Part shown: in pieces, positions 1 through 9,100 of the stretch | How positions within the stretch are numbered: the first letter of the stretch is position 1 | Layout of the letters: each line of letters opens with the position of its first letter | Assembly (NCBI GenBank): GCA_965203555.1 | Contig: CBDBCY010000004.1 | Location: 2,144,001 to 2,208,000 of the forward strand | Direction: 5' to 3' | Source of the DNA: Acidimicrobiia bacterium | GTDB taxonomy: Bacteria > Actinomycetota > Acidimicrobiia > Spongiisociales > ZC4RG35 | DNA length: 64,000 nucleotides | Translations under genes and position numbers: made by a program | Notes under the pieces: generated by a model | Databases searched by the model: none | What the model saw: the letters and a program-made list of their open reading frames with translations, nothing else | Told to the model about the DNA's origin: nothing

Positions 1-2205
1 GTCCGGGCGGTGTACACCGCAGCGGACGTGGCCCATCTCGGCGACCTGGTTACGCAGGTGGCGGTAGGAAAACTGCGGCCGCTTTTGGCCGGCGGCCATG
101 TCAACCATGTAGGCGAGGCGGTAGCCATGGTGGTGGCGGACAGCCGCTACGGGGCACGCGACGCCGCTGATGCGGTGGACGTGGACTACGAGCCCCTCGA
201 CCCGGTGATCGACCTGAAGGAAGCCGCTTCCGACGCCGCCTTGGTCCATAAGGACTTGGCTTCCAATGTCCTGCTCGCCTGGGAAGGCGGCCCCTGGGGT
301 AGCGAGGAAGGCATAGCCGCCACCAAAGAGACCATCGGCGCCGCCAAGGCGCGGGACGACACGGTCACCGTATCGATGGAAATGGTGAATCAGCGACTAT
401 TGCCCATGCCAATGGAACCACGTTCGGTGGTGGCGGATTGGAATGCCGGTTACGGCCGGTTCACGGTGCATTCCTCCACCCAGATCCCACATGCCCTGGC
501 AGGGGGGATCGCCGGGACCTTCGGCCTCTCCCTTACCGATGTTCGGTGCATAGCGCCGGAGGTGGGCGGCGGCTTCGGATGCAAGTTGAACGTCTACAAC
601 GACGAGATCCTGGTCTGTTTCGCCTCCCAGCAACTGGGCAGCCCGGTGAAGTTCACCGAAACCCGGCGAGACGCGGCCGGCTCCACCATCCATGGTCGGG
701 GTTGGGTGGCGACTGCCTCTGTTACCGGTACCCGCGACGGAAAAGTCCTGGGATATGAACTCGACGGCATCGCCGACATGGGCGCTTACAGTCAGAACTT
801 CACAGTGGCGATACCCTTCCTGGGTCTGTTCGTAGGGGCGGGCCAATACAACTTCCCCACCTACTGGAAGATGGCGTGCGTGCACACTCACACCATGACC
901 ACCGACGCTTACCGCGGCGCCGGTCGACCGGAGGCCGCCTACTACCTGGAGCGGGCGCTTGACGCCTTCGCCCGGGAAATCGGGGTGGATCCGTCCGAGG
1001 TGCGGAGACAGAACTACATTCCCGCCTCGGAATTCCCCGGGGCCGCCACTCATATCGGGTTCCCCATGGACACCGGCGACTACGAGAACAATCTCGACGC
1101 TCTCCTGGAGACGGCCGGCTATGAGGGCCTGAAGGCCGAGCGAGACCGGATGCGGGCCGAGGGACGACTGGTAGGACTGGGCCTGGCCACCTATGTGGAA
1201 GTGTGCGGATTTGGTCCTTCCGCTCTGGTGGACTTGGGATTCTCCTGGGCGTCCTACAAGATCCCTTCCGGATTCAACGGTTCCGGTTTGGTGCGGATCC
1301 AGGCTGACGGCACCGCCTCTGTGATCATTGGCACGGGCCCATCCGGGCAGGGCCATCAGACCACGTGGGCGCAGATCGTATCTCAGCAACTCGGAATCCC
1401 GGTGGAGAACATCCGGGTGACTCACGGTGACACCGCCGAGTCGCCGCTGGGTATCGGAACCTTCGGGTCCCGTTCCGCAGCGGTGGACGGGACGGCCACC
1501 TATGAGGCGGCCAACAAGGTAGCGGCCAAGGCCGCCAGGCTGGCAGCCCATCTGCTTGAAGCTTCCTCGGAGGACATCGTCTTCGCCGACGGGGGCGCCC
1601 ATGTGGCCGGATCGCCTGATCAGACGGTTTCCTGGTCCGACATCGCCACCCTGGCCTACCAGCCTCATCGCCTGCCGGAAGGCATGGAGGGAGGCCTCGA
1701 GGCCCATGCGGTTTTCAGCCCCGGTAACGCCACCTGGCCGTTCGGATCCCACCTGGCTCTGGTGGAAGTGGATGGCGACACCGGCGACGTGAAGTTGCTT
1801 CGCTACATCGCCATGGACGACTGCGGGAATGTCATCAATCCGATGATCGTGGACGGACAGATTCACGGAGGGCTGGCGCAGGGAATCGGCCAGGCCATGT
1901 TCGAGGACGGCGACTATGAGGCGGATGGAAACCTCCTCAAGTGGTCGTTTGTCGAGTACCCCCTGCCGACCTCCGCTGATTTGCCCTCCTTCGAGTTGCA
2001 TCGCACTGTTACTCCCACCGACATCAATCCGCTGGGTGTGAAGGGAATCGGCGAAGCCGGTACCATCGGCTCAGCGCAGACCGTGGTCAACGCGGTGGTC
2101 GACGCGCTTGCGCCCCTCGGGGTGACACATGTGGACATGCCCCTTCGCCCCAAGCGGGTGTGGGAGGCCATCCAGGCGGCCAAGACGAACGGGAGTGTGA
2201 GCTGA
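1..2205 (+). CDS. Xanthine dehydrogenase family molybdopterin-binding large subunit (form II CoxL-like), 5'-truncated by window edge
   Basis: Frame open from base 1. Motifs VGGGFGCK, AYRGAGRPEA (form II-type, not AYxCSFR), GQGHQT, GTFGSRS, INPMIVDGQIHGG, KGIGEAG. Confidence 0.93.
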   Translation, partial: VRAVYTAADVAHLGDLVTQVAVGKLRPLLAGGHVNHVGEAVAMVVADSRYGARDAADAVDVDYEPLDPVIDLKEAASDAALVHKDLASNVLLAWEGGPWGSEEGIAATKETIGAAKARDDTVTVSMEMVNQRLLPMPMEPRSVVADWNAGYGRFTVHSSTQIPHALAGGIAGTFGLSLTDVRCIAPEVGGGFGCKLNVYNDEILVCFASQQLGSPVKFTETRRDAAGSTIHGRGWVATASVTGTRDGKVLGYELDGIADMGAYSQNFTVAIPFLGLFVGAGQYNFPTYWKMACVHTHTMTTDAYRGAGRPEAAYYLERALDAFAREIGVDPSEVRRQNYIPASEFPGAATHIGFPMDTGDYENNLDALLETAGYEGLKAERDRMRAEGRLVGLGLATYVEVCGFGPSALVDLGFSWASYKIPSGFNGSGLVRIQADGTASVIIGTGPSGQGHQTTWAQIVSQQLGIPVENIRVTHGDTAESPLGIGTFGSRSAAVDGTATYEAANKVAAKAARLAAHLLEASSEDIVFADGGAHVAGSPDQTVSWSDIATLAYQPHRLPEGMEGGLEAHAVFSPGNATWPFGSHLALVEVDGDTGDVKLLRYIAMDDCGNVINPMIVDGQIHGGLAQGIGQAMFEDGDYEADGNLLKWSFVEYPLPTSADLPSFELHRTVTPTDINPLGVKGIGEAGTIGSAQTVVNAVVDALAPLGVTHVDMPLRPKRVWEAIQAAKTNGSVS

Positions 2206-3065
2206 TGTATCCCAGGTCATTCGAATACGTATCCCCGGGTTCGCTGGACGAGGCAACCTCGATCCTGGCTTCCACGGAAGGCGCCAAGGTGCTGGCCGGC
2301 GGCATGAGCCTCTTGCCCATCATGAAGTTGCGCCTCTATTCGCCCGACGTCTTGGTGGATATCGGACGGATCCCCGGTCTTTCCTCCATTGAGGATCAAG
2401 GCGATTACATCGGTGTGGGGGCATTGGTTCGCCACGCCGACACCGCGTCCGATCCATTGATTGCCGAGCATGCCGCAGCCCTTGCGACTGCCGCATCCTG
2501 GACGGGAGACGTTCAGGTACGCAACCAGGGCACCACCTGCGGTTCGATCGCCCATGCCGACATCGCCGCCGATCAGCCTTCGGCAGCCTTGGCTCTGGGG
2601 GCCACCATGGTGGCGTCTTCAAGCAATGGCACACGGGAGATCGCGGCCGCCGACTTCTTCGTGGACACGCTCACCACCGCCTTGGAATCGGATGAGATTC
2701 TCACCGAGATCCGCCTGCCCAAGCAGGGCGGAGGCTCAGCCTACGAGAAGCTGGGCCGTCGCGGCGGCCACACCGACTATGCGGTGGCGGGCGCCTCGGC
2801 TTGGGTGGATCTCTCCGATGGCGCGGTTAGCGGTGGCCGGGTTGCTCTGACCGGCGTGGGTCCCATGCCCACCCTGGCGGAAGGCGTCATGGAGACTCTG
2901 ATCGGAACCGACGGTTCGGATGCGGCGGTGGCTGCTGCTGCCGAGCGAGCCTTGGAAGGCGTGACGGTACTGGAGGATCTCTTCGGAACCGTCGAGTACA
3001 AGTCGCACCTCGCCAAGGTAATGACCCGCAGGGCTCTGCAACAGGCAATCGCCGCAGCAACGTAA
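2205..3065 (+). CDS. FAD-binding medium subunit of xanthine dehydrogenase/CO dehydrogenase family (CoxM-like)
   Basis: ATG at 2205 overlaps the upstream TGA (TGATG). Motifs MYPRSFEY, LAGGMSL, VRNQGTTCGSIAHAD. Confidence 0.92.
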   Translation: MYPRSFEYVSPGSLDEATSILASTEGAKVLAGGMSLLPIMKLRLYSPDVLVDIGRIPGLSSIEDQGDYIGVGALVRHADTASDPLIAEHAAALATAASWTGDVQVRNQGTTCGSIAHADIAADQPSAALALGATMVASSSNGTREIAAADFFVDTLTTALESDEILTEIRLPKQGGGSAYEKLGRRGGHTDYAVAGASAWVDLSDGAVSGGRVALTGVGPMPTLAEGVMETLIGTDGSDAAVAAAAERALEGVTVLEDLFGTVEYKSHLAKVMTRRALQQAIAAAT

Positions 3066-3108
3066 GAAACAAAGATCACTCTGCCGGAAGCGGGCGGAGA
3101 ATGAAGAG

Positions 3109-3142
3109 AAAGGGTCGGGACCCGGAAAGGTCCCGACCCTTT
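3109..3142. terminator. Intrinsic terminator hairpin, possibly bidirectional, after the coxM-like gene
   Basis: Perfect 14-bp inverted repeat AAAGGGTCGGGACC / GGTCCCGACCCTTT with a 6-nt loop. Confidence 0.8.
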
Positions 3143-3185
3143 ACTGGCACACCAAGGACGGAGTGCGGACCGGCAGAGGAGAGAA

Positions 3186-4550
3186 ATGGTCCACAGGGCA
3201 AGTCGAGAGCTACGGACTCTAGTCCCTACGGGCATGCTGGGTTTCGGATTCCCTGATGACAGCTTCGAAATGAACTTAGCCCTGAACCCGCACGTCATAG
3301 GAATTGATGCAGGCTCAACAGACTCTGGTCCACACAATCTGGGTGGGGGCATTGTGGAGGCAGCACGATCCACAACGTTTGACGACCTGAGCAGGATTCT
3401 GACTGCCAGCCGCTCACGGCGCATTCCCGTCGTTATCGGCTCCGCTGGAACGTCCGGGTCCGACTCTGGGGTTGAATGGATGCTTGATATCGCCCACCAA
3501 ATTGCTCGTGAGAGTGGATGGAGCCTCCGCATCGCAACCGTTCGTTCAGAGCTGCACAAGGATTACATCAAGCGAAAACTCCGTGCCGGGAAGATAAGAA
3601 GTCTGGGGCCAGAGGAGAAACTTTCCGTCCAAACGATCGAAGAAACGACTCACATAGTCGGCCTAATGGGTGTCGAACAAATAGTGGAGGCACTCGATCT
3701 CGAACCAGATCTCGTGATCGCTGGCCGAAGCTGCGATGCCGCAATTTTTGCTTCTTTGGCGATTAGGGAAGGCTATCCCAAGGGCCTGGCTTGGCACATG
3801 GGTCAGATTCTCGAATGTGGTGCCATGTGTTCTGAGGCAGACCATGGTGCCGCCGAGCCCATGACGGGAATAATCAGGGAAGACCACTTCACGGTCGGCT
3901 CGCCCAAACACTCCATCGTCTGCTCACCCCGTTCTGTAGCCGCCCAAAGCTTTTATGAGGAATCAGACCCGGCCAGATTGAACTTGCCCGGTGGGCACGT
4001 CTGGATGGGAAACAGTGAATTCGAGCAAGCCCGGGATGGGTGGGTCAACATCTCCGGGAGTGAATGGCGCGAGAGTGATCGGTATGAAGTGCTCATCGAG
4101 GGTGCCACCCAGCGTGGATATCGTTCGATCACTATTGCCGGCGCACGAGATCCGTATTTCATATCCAATATTGATTTGATCCTCGACGCCGTCCACGAGA
4201 CTACCGCCCAGCGGTTTAGTGACGACTTTGATCTCGATTTTGTAGTGTATGGACGAGATGGAGTGATGGGACATCTAGAACCCACCCCAATCCCCGCTCA
4301 CGAAGTAGGCCTCCTCATCAGGGTTGTCGCTGAGTCGCAAACGCTGGCAGATACCATCGTTGCCTTCGTCCGGTCATCGATCGATCACTTCAAGTATCCT
4401 GGTATCAAGGCAACTGCGGCTAACTTGGCATACCCTCTTGCGCCGGGAACCCTATCGTGCGGGCCGGTCTATGAGTTCAGCGTGCATCACTTGATGACTC
4501 TCGACTCGCCAGATGAATGTTTTGAAGTAGATGTTGGGAGCTATGGCTGA
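3186..4550 (+). CDS. AtuA-like (DUF1446) family protein
   Basis: PTGMLGFGF, IGIDAGSTDSGP, GSAGTSG, IAGRSCD, WHMGQILECG. Followed by DUF4387, as is usual for this subfamily. SD AGGAG upstream. Confidence 0.82.
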   Translation: MVHRASRELRTLVPTGMLGFGFPDDSFEMNLALNPHVIGIDAGSTDSGPHNLGGGIVEAARSTTFDDLSRILTASRSRRIPVVIGSAGTSGSDSGVEWMLDIAHQIARESGWSLRIATVRSELHKDYIKRKLRAGKIRSLGPEEKLSVQTIEETTHIVGLMGVEQIVEALDLEPDLVIAGRSCDAAIFASLAIREGYPKGLAWHMGQILECGAMCSEADHGAAEPMTGIIREDHFTVGSPKHSIVCSPRSVAAQSFYEESDPARLNLPGGHVWMGNSEFEQARDGWVNISGSEWRESDRYEVLIEGATQRGYRSITIAGARDPYFISNIDLILDAVHETTAQRFSDDFDLDFVVYGRDGVMGHLEPTPIPAHEVGLLIRVVAESQTLADTIVAFVRSSIDHFKYPGIKATAANLAYPLAPGTLSCGPVYEFSVHHLMTLDSPDECFEVDVGSYG

Positions 4551-4872
4551 TATGAACACGACCCTGGGCGAGGTCGCAAGCGTCCTCAGAAGCAAGAATG
4601 CTGGGCCGTATTTGCTGACTCTTGATGTTTTTTTTGATAGCGCCGAGACGTTTAGTCAAGTGAAGATGTCGGGGATCATTACCGATTCTTTGATTTCGCG
4701 GTGCTACGGAATCGATAAGAGTGACGTAATCAACCTTGGATGGCACGATTCAGCTCGAGGCCTCAAGATAACAATGGTACGGCCAGCGGTTTCCGGTAGC
4801 CCCAGGGATCGGGACGTGTACGGTTGTCAGCAACACGCCCCGCTCCTCGGAGTTGAGATACCTACTGATTAG
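4543..4872 (+). CDS. DUF4387 family protein
   Basis: LGEVASVLRSKNAGPYLLTLDVFF ... RDVYGCQQHAPLL. Overlaps the upstream stop; alternative start 4552. Confidence 0.85.
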   Translation: MADMNTTLGEVASVLRSKNAGPYLLTLDVFFDSAETFSQVKMSGIITDSLISRCYGIDKSDVINLGWHDSARGLKITMVRPAVSGSPRDRDVYGCQQHAPLLGVEIPTD

Positions 4873-4918
4873 ACACCGGACAGCAACAGGTTTCTACTCC
4901 GATCCCGACGGCAAGTTC

Positions 4919-7030
4919 TCAGCCCCGGAATGCTGATCGATTATCCGAGGTCAACAACAGGTTTCCATATTGATCGATGTTCACGTTGTAGCCGGGATGC
5001 ACAACCGTCGTAGAATCCGGTTCTTCGATTATGGCTGGACCGATCAGTGAAATGCCCTGAGCAAGCTTGTAACGGTCGAATATGGGGCATTCAATGTATC
5101 CGCCGCTCTCGTCGAAATAGACAGATCGGGTTCCCTTGTGTGCAGATTCCGACCCAGTTCCGCTGTTCCCGATTTCTCTCAGTCTAGGCTTGCGAATGTC
5201 GCCGAGGGCACTCAAACGTATGTTGACGATCTCTACGGGTTCACCTGGGACGCTGAACCCGTAAACCCGATCATGCTCTTTGGCGAACTGGTCGAGGATC
5301 TGATCCAAGTCGCTATGAGTGAGGACGCTATCTGGGAGGTCGAGGGAGAGCTCATAGCTCTGACCGACATAGCGCATTTCAGCGTAACGTCGAACTTGAA
5401 CATCCTCCTCCTTGACGCCTTCACGCCTAAGTAGGTCACGACCCTCTTCCTCCAACTCTCGAAAAAGCCCTTCGATGATCGTCAGATCAAGTCCCTCGAC
5501 GTTCTGCAGAACCGTTCTTGAGAAGTCGTGCTTCAGATCAGTCACGAGAAGTCCCAACGCCGAGAAGATGCCAGGGCTAAGCGGCACGATGGTGTGAGAA
5601 AACCCGAGTTCGATAGCGATTCGTCCACTGTGCACAGGACCGGCTCCACCAAAGGCGACGAGAGCGAATTCGCGCGGGTCATATCCACGTTGTATGGAGA
5701 TCAACCTCAGGGCATTCACCATTGCGGCATTGGCAATCTCCAAGATTCCGTAAGCTGCATCGATTAGGTCCATGCCTAACTGGGATGCCAGTCCTTCGAT
5801 CGCCTCCGAAGCCCTATCGACGTCGAGCTTTATCTCGCCGCCGAGGAAGTACTCGGGGTTCAGCCGTCCGAGGACGAGGTTGGCATCAGTCACCGTCGGC
5901 TCCAGGCCGCCCCAGCCGTAGCACGCCGGGCCCGGGTCAGCGCCGGCGCTTTTTGGCCCTACCCTCAGTGCACCGCCTGAATCCACCCAAGCGATTGATC
6001 CGCCGCCGGCCCCGATCTCAACCAGGTCAATGACAGGAGTACGAATCGGATAGCCCGAGCCGCGACCGCTCCCCATTCCCGGTCGGGCGGTTGCGCCCAC
6101 CTCGTAATCCTTTGTCACGTTCGGTACGCCATCCAGAATCAGGCCGACTTTTGCCGTGGTCCCGCCCATATCCAGCGAGATCATGTTGCTGAATCCGAGG
6201 GACTCTCCGAGGTAGGTCGCCGCCATGACTCCGGCGGCCGGCCCCGACTCCACCATGAATACCGGCTTCTCGGCCGCTACCTCGAACGTCTGCAGTCCCC
6301 CATTGCTTTGCATCACAAGGAGCTCACCTGTCATGCTTTCAGCTCGAAGGCGACTCTCGATACTCTCAAGATATCGCGAAACAACCGGGCGAATTCCAGC
6401 ATTGATCGTTGTGGTACTGGCGCGGAAATACTCCCGAAATTCTGGTGCCACCTCGCTCGAAAGCGATACGGCCGTCTCCGGAAGCATGGATCGTAGTATT
6501 TCGCCAACGGTCACCTCATGAACTGGATTGATATGTGCATGAAGAAGACACACAGCGATTGACTCGACTTCCTCCTCCTTTATCTTTCGGGCCACTGATT
6601 CGACATCTTCCACATGAATTGGAACGACAACATTGCCCGAGGCATCGAGGCGCTCTCGTATCTCAAAGCACAAATAGCGCGGTACCAACGGTCGAAGTTT
6701 CTCAAACCCAAGGTCATACAGTACGGGGCGATTCTGCCGTCCAATCTCAAGCATATCCCTGAATCCATCCGTCGTGATAAACGCAGATCTCGCCAGGGTA
6801 TTCTCAATAATTGCATTGGTAGCAACAGTCGTACCATGAACTAGATACGCTATAGAGCTTGGGTCCAGCTCATTGCGTTCCAATATCCGATTGGTCGCCT
6901 GCAGAAAACCAATCGATGGATCACGAGGAGTGGAAGTGACCTTGTCGATGAAAATCTCGCCAGTTGCTTCGTCAATCACGGTTGCATCTGTGAACGTGCC
7001 ACCAATGTCAATTCCAATCCGGCTTGTCAT
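4919..7030 (-). CDS. Hydantoinase/oxoprolinase subunit A (HyuA/OplA-like, ATP-binding)
   Basis: IGIDIGGTFTD, HGTTVATNA, ESGPAAG, DMGGTT, IGAGGGS, SAGADPGP, FGGAG. Confidence 0.93.
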   Translation of the reverse strand: MTSRIGIDIGGTFTDATVIDEATGEIFIDKVTSTPRDPSIGFLQATNRILERNELDPSSIAYLVHGTTVATNAIIENTLARSAFITTDGFRDMLEIGRQNRPVLYDLGFEKLRPLVPRYLCFEIRERLDASGNVVVPIHVEDVESVARKIKEEEVESIAVCLLHAHINPVHEVTVGEILRSMLPETAVSLSSEVAPEFREYFRASTTTINAGIRPVVSRYLESIESRLRAESMTGELLVMQSNGGLQTFEVAAEKPVFMVESGPAAGVMAATYLGESLGFSNMISLDMGGTTAKVGLILDGVPNVTKDYEVGATARPGMGSGRGSGYPIRTPVIDLVEIGAGGGSIAWVDSGGALRVGPKSAGADPGPACYGWGGLEPTVTDANLVLGRLNPEYFLGGEIKLDVDRASEAIEGLASQLGMDLIDAAYGILEIANAAMVNALRLISIQRGYDPREFALVAFGGAGPVHSGRIAIELGFSHTIVPLSPGIFSALGLLVTDLKHDFSRTVLQNVEGLDLTIIEGLFRELEEEGRDLLRREGVKEEDVQVRRYAEMRYVGQSYELSLDLPDSVLTHSDLDQILDQFAKEHDRVYGFSVPGEPVEIVNIRLSALGDIRKPRLREIGNSGTGSESAHKGTRSVYFDESGGYIECPIFDRYKLAQGISLIGPAIIEEPDSTTVVHPGYNVNIDQYGNLLLTSDNRSAFRG

Positions 7031-7073
7031 GCTCGCCTTGCTCTCATCCAATCAGGTCGTGAAGGAAGCGTCC

Positions 7074-8804
7074 TCACTGCTTATCCACGTCACTGGTACT
7101 CCTAAGAACCCTGGTTTGCTCTTCGTCTATGACCAGATTCTTGGGATCAATCGCCACGCGGTAGACCTCTCGTGCTCTCTCGACACTGACTTTTCCGGCT
7201 CTTACGTCGGCAAGAACCCTGACCGGATCCCTCTCGTTCGGCGGGCCAAAGCCCCCACCGCCACAGGTTCGGTAACTGACGAGGTCCCCTGGCTTCAACT
7301 GCAAAGTTGACTTGGCGCCGACCGTGCTGGTCTCGCCTTCCGAGACGAGAAGGTACTCGGCCTTAGCTCCCGGAAGTCCTCCGAACAGCCCGTGTGGGCC
7401 CCAGCGATCCCGGTCGGCGAGGACTGTGAAGGACGCCTCATGATCGAGGAAAAGATAGTCACGTCGTAGCCCAAGTCCCCCCCTGTGTCTTCCCGCACCC
7501 TCTGAGTTCTCTACCAACTCATACCGAACGATCCTGACGGGGTAACTCGATTCGGTCTCCTCGATCGGAGCGTTCTCGGTGTTCTTTCCATGGCATTGGA
7601 CTGCGTCGGGACCGTCACTCTTAGCCCTACCCCCGTAACCGCCGGCGAGCGTCTCAAGGAAGCAGTAATACTCGCCAGTACGAGGGTCCTCGCCGCCAAA
7701 CCCGGCGTGGCAGATCATCCCCTCTGTCCCTGCGGGAATCATCTCAGGCAGTGCGGGAGACAACGCCTTGAAAATGATGTCAGTGAGTCTCATCTGAGTT
7801 TCCCATCCCCCCACTACGGGCGCAGGGTACACGCAATTCACTACGGACCCTGCGGGTGCGTTTATGCGTACTGCGCCGTAGAATCCCGCATTCACCGGCA
7901 CATCGGGATCGGTCAATGCCTTGAGGACGTACGCACACGTCGCGAACGTCATCGCGAACGTAGCGTTCACTGGCGCTTTCCGCTGACGATCCGAGCCATC
8001 GAAATCAAAAAGCACACCGTCGTCATCGACGACAACCTTGACGGCAAGTCGAACAGGATCATCCGTGTATCCGTCAGTATCCACGTAGCCCTCTGCCGTG
8101 AAAACGCCACGCGGAAGCGCTCCCACCTCGACTCGAATACGCTGTTCCGTGTAGGACAGAAGCTGTTCGATCCCAGTCTCGACTACTTCAGGGCCGAAAC
8201 GGTCCAGCAATGCCGTGAGCCTATGGATTCCAGCTTGATTCGAGGCGATCTGAGCACGAAAGTCGCCCGCGACCTCCCGCTTCGAGCGTATCTGAGACAG
8301 AATGAGTTGGAAGATCTCGTCAACGACCTCTCCGCTACGCACCAATTTCAGAGGCGGGATGATCACCCCCTCTTGGAATAACTCCGTAAATGCTCCGATA
8401 CTGGATGGAGCTCCTCCGCCGACGTCAACGTGATGGGCGATGTTGGCTACATATCCGAGTCGACGATTCTTGTACCACACCGGAGAAATGAGGGTCACAT
8501 CGTTCAGGTGTCCTCCACCGATGTAAGGGTGATTCAAGACGATGCTATCGCCAGGCCCAATGTTGTCAGCACCGTATTCGCGGATGGCGTTGGGCACCAC
8601 TTCGACGGCCGATCCAAGGTGGGTCGGCTGGGCGAACGACTGAGCGACCACGCGAAGGTGCTCGTCATACAGGGCGCATGAGAAATCGGCTCTCGTCTTG
8701 ATGTTCGTGGAATACGCGCTTCGCCTTACGGTGGCGCTCATTTCTTCGGTGATCTCGAGCAGGGCATTTCGAATCACCTCAAACCGAATCGGGTCCAGCC
8801 TCAT
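7074..8804 (-). CDS. Hydantoinase B/oxoprolinase subunit B
   Basis: LDPIRFEVIRNAL, SAYSTNIK, NHPYIGGGHLND, HHVDVGG, GAGRHRGGLG, GGGGFG. Start could lie further upstream (up to 8891). Confidence 0.92.
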   Translation of the reverse strand: MRLDPIRFEVIRNALLEITEEMSATVRRSAYSTNIKTRADFSCALYDEHLRVVAQSFAQPTHLGSAVEVVPNAIREYGADNIGPGDSIVLNHPYIGGGHLNDVTLISPVWYKNRRLGYVANIAHHVDVGGGAPSSIGAFTELFQEGVIIPPLKLVRSGEVVDEIFQLILSQIRSKREVAGDFRAQIASNQAGIHRLTALLDRFGPEVVETGIEQLLSYTEQRIRVEVGALPRGVFTAEGYVDTDGYTDDPVRLAVKVVVDDDGVLFDFDGSDRQRKAPVNATFAMTFATCAYVLKALTDPDVPVNAGFYGAVRINAPAGSVVNCVYPAPVVGGWETQMRLTDIIFKALSPALPEMIPAGTEGMICHAGFGGEDPRTGEYYCFLETLAGGYGGRAKSDGPDAVQCHGKNTENAPIEETESSYPVRIVRYELVENSEGAGRHRGGLGLRRDYLFLDHEASFTVLADRDRWGPHGLFGGLPGAKAEYLLVSEGETSTVGAKSTLQLKPGDLVSYRTCGGGGFGPPNERDPVRVLADVRAGKVSVERAREVYRVAIDPKNLVIDEEQTRVLRSTSDVDKQ

Positions 8805-9100
8805 ATCAAGATCAATCACTTTGACTCTCCGGGCGATTGTGACTGCCGATTTAGTGTACCGGATCATCTCAGCGACGCCCCCCAGGCGCACCTCGACCGG
8901 CCTGTTCGACGCTCGTCCACGTCTCCGTACCCCCAGGCTGGGTTACAAAGGGGGATGTGCCCAAGAAATAATGCCCCTGCCAGGGAAGAATTGATAGACC
9001 CGGTTATATATTTGGAATTGGAGGTCGGCTGATCTGCCGACCCAGGTCACTTTTAAAGTCGAGTGCTGGCCCGACGAGCACCCGGCGGGAAGGATAAGCA

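Noticed and set aside
397-2001. 534-aa antisense ORF, and similar long antisense ORFs at 20648-21879, 36348-39020, 55465-57003, 58719-59924 and 62747-63988
   Set aside because: Shadow frames of well-supported high-GC genes on the opposite strand; no motifs.
1-2205. Form I aerobic CO dehydrogenase
   Set aside because: Lacks the AYxCSFR Cu-binding motif.
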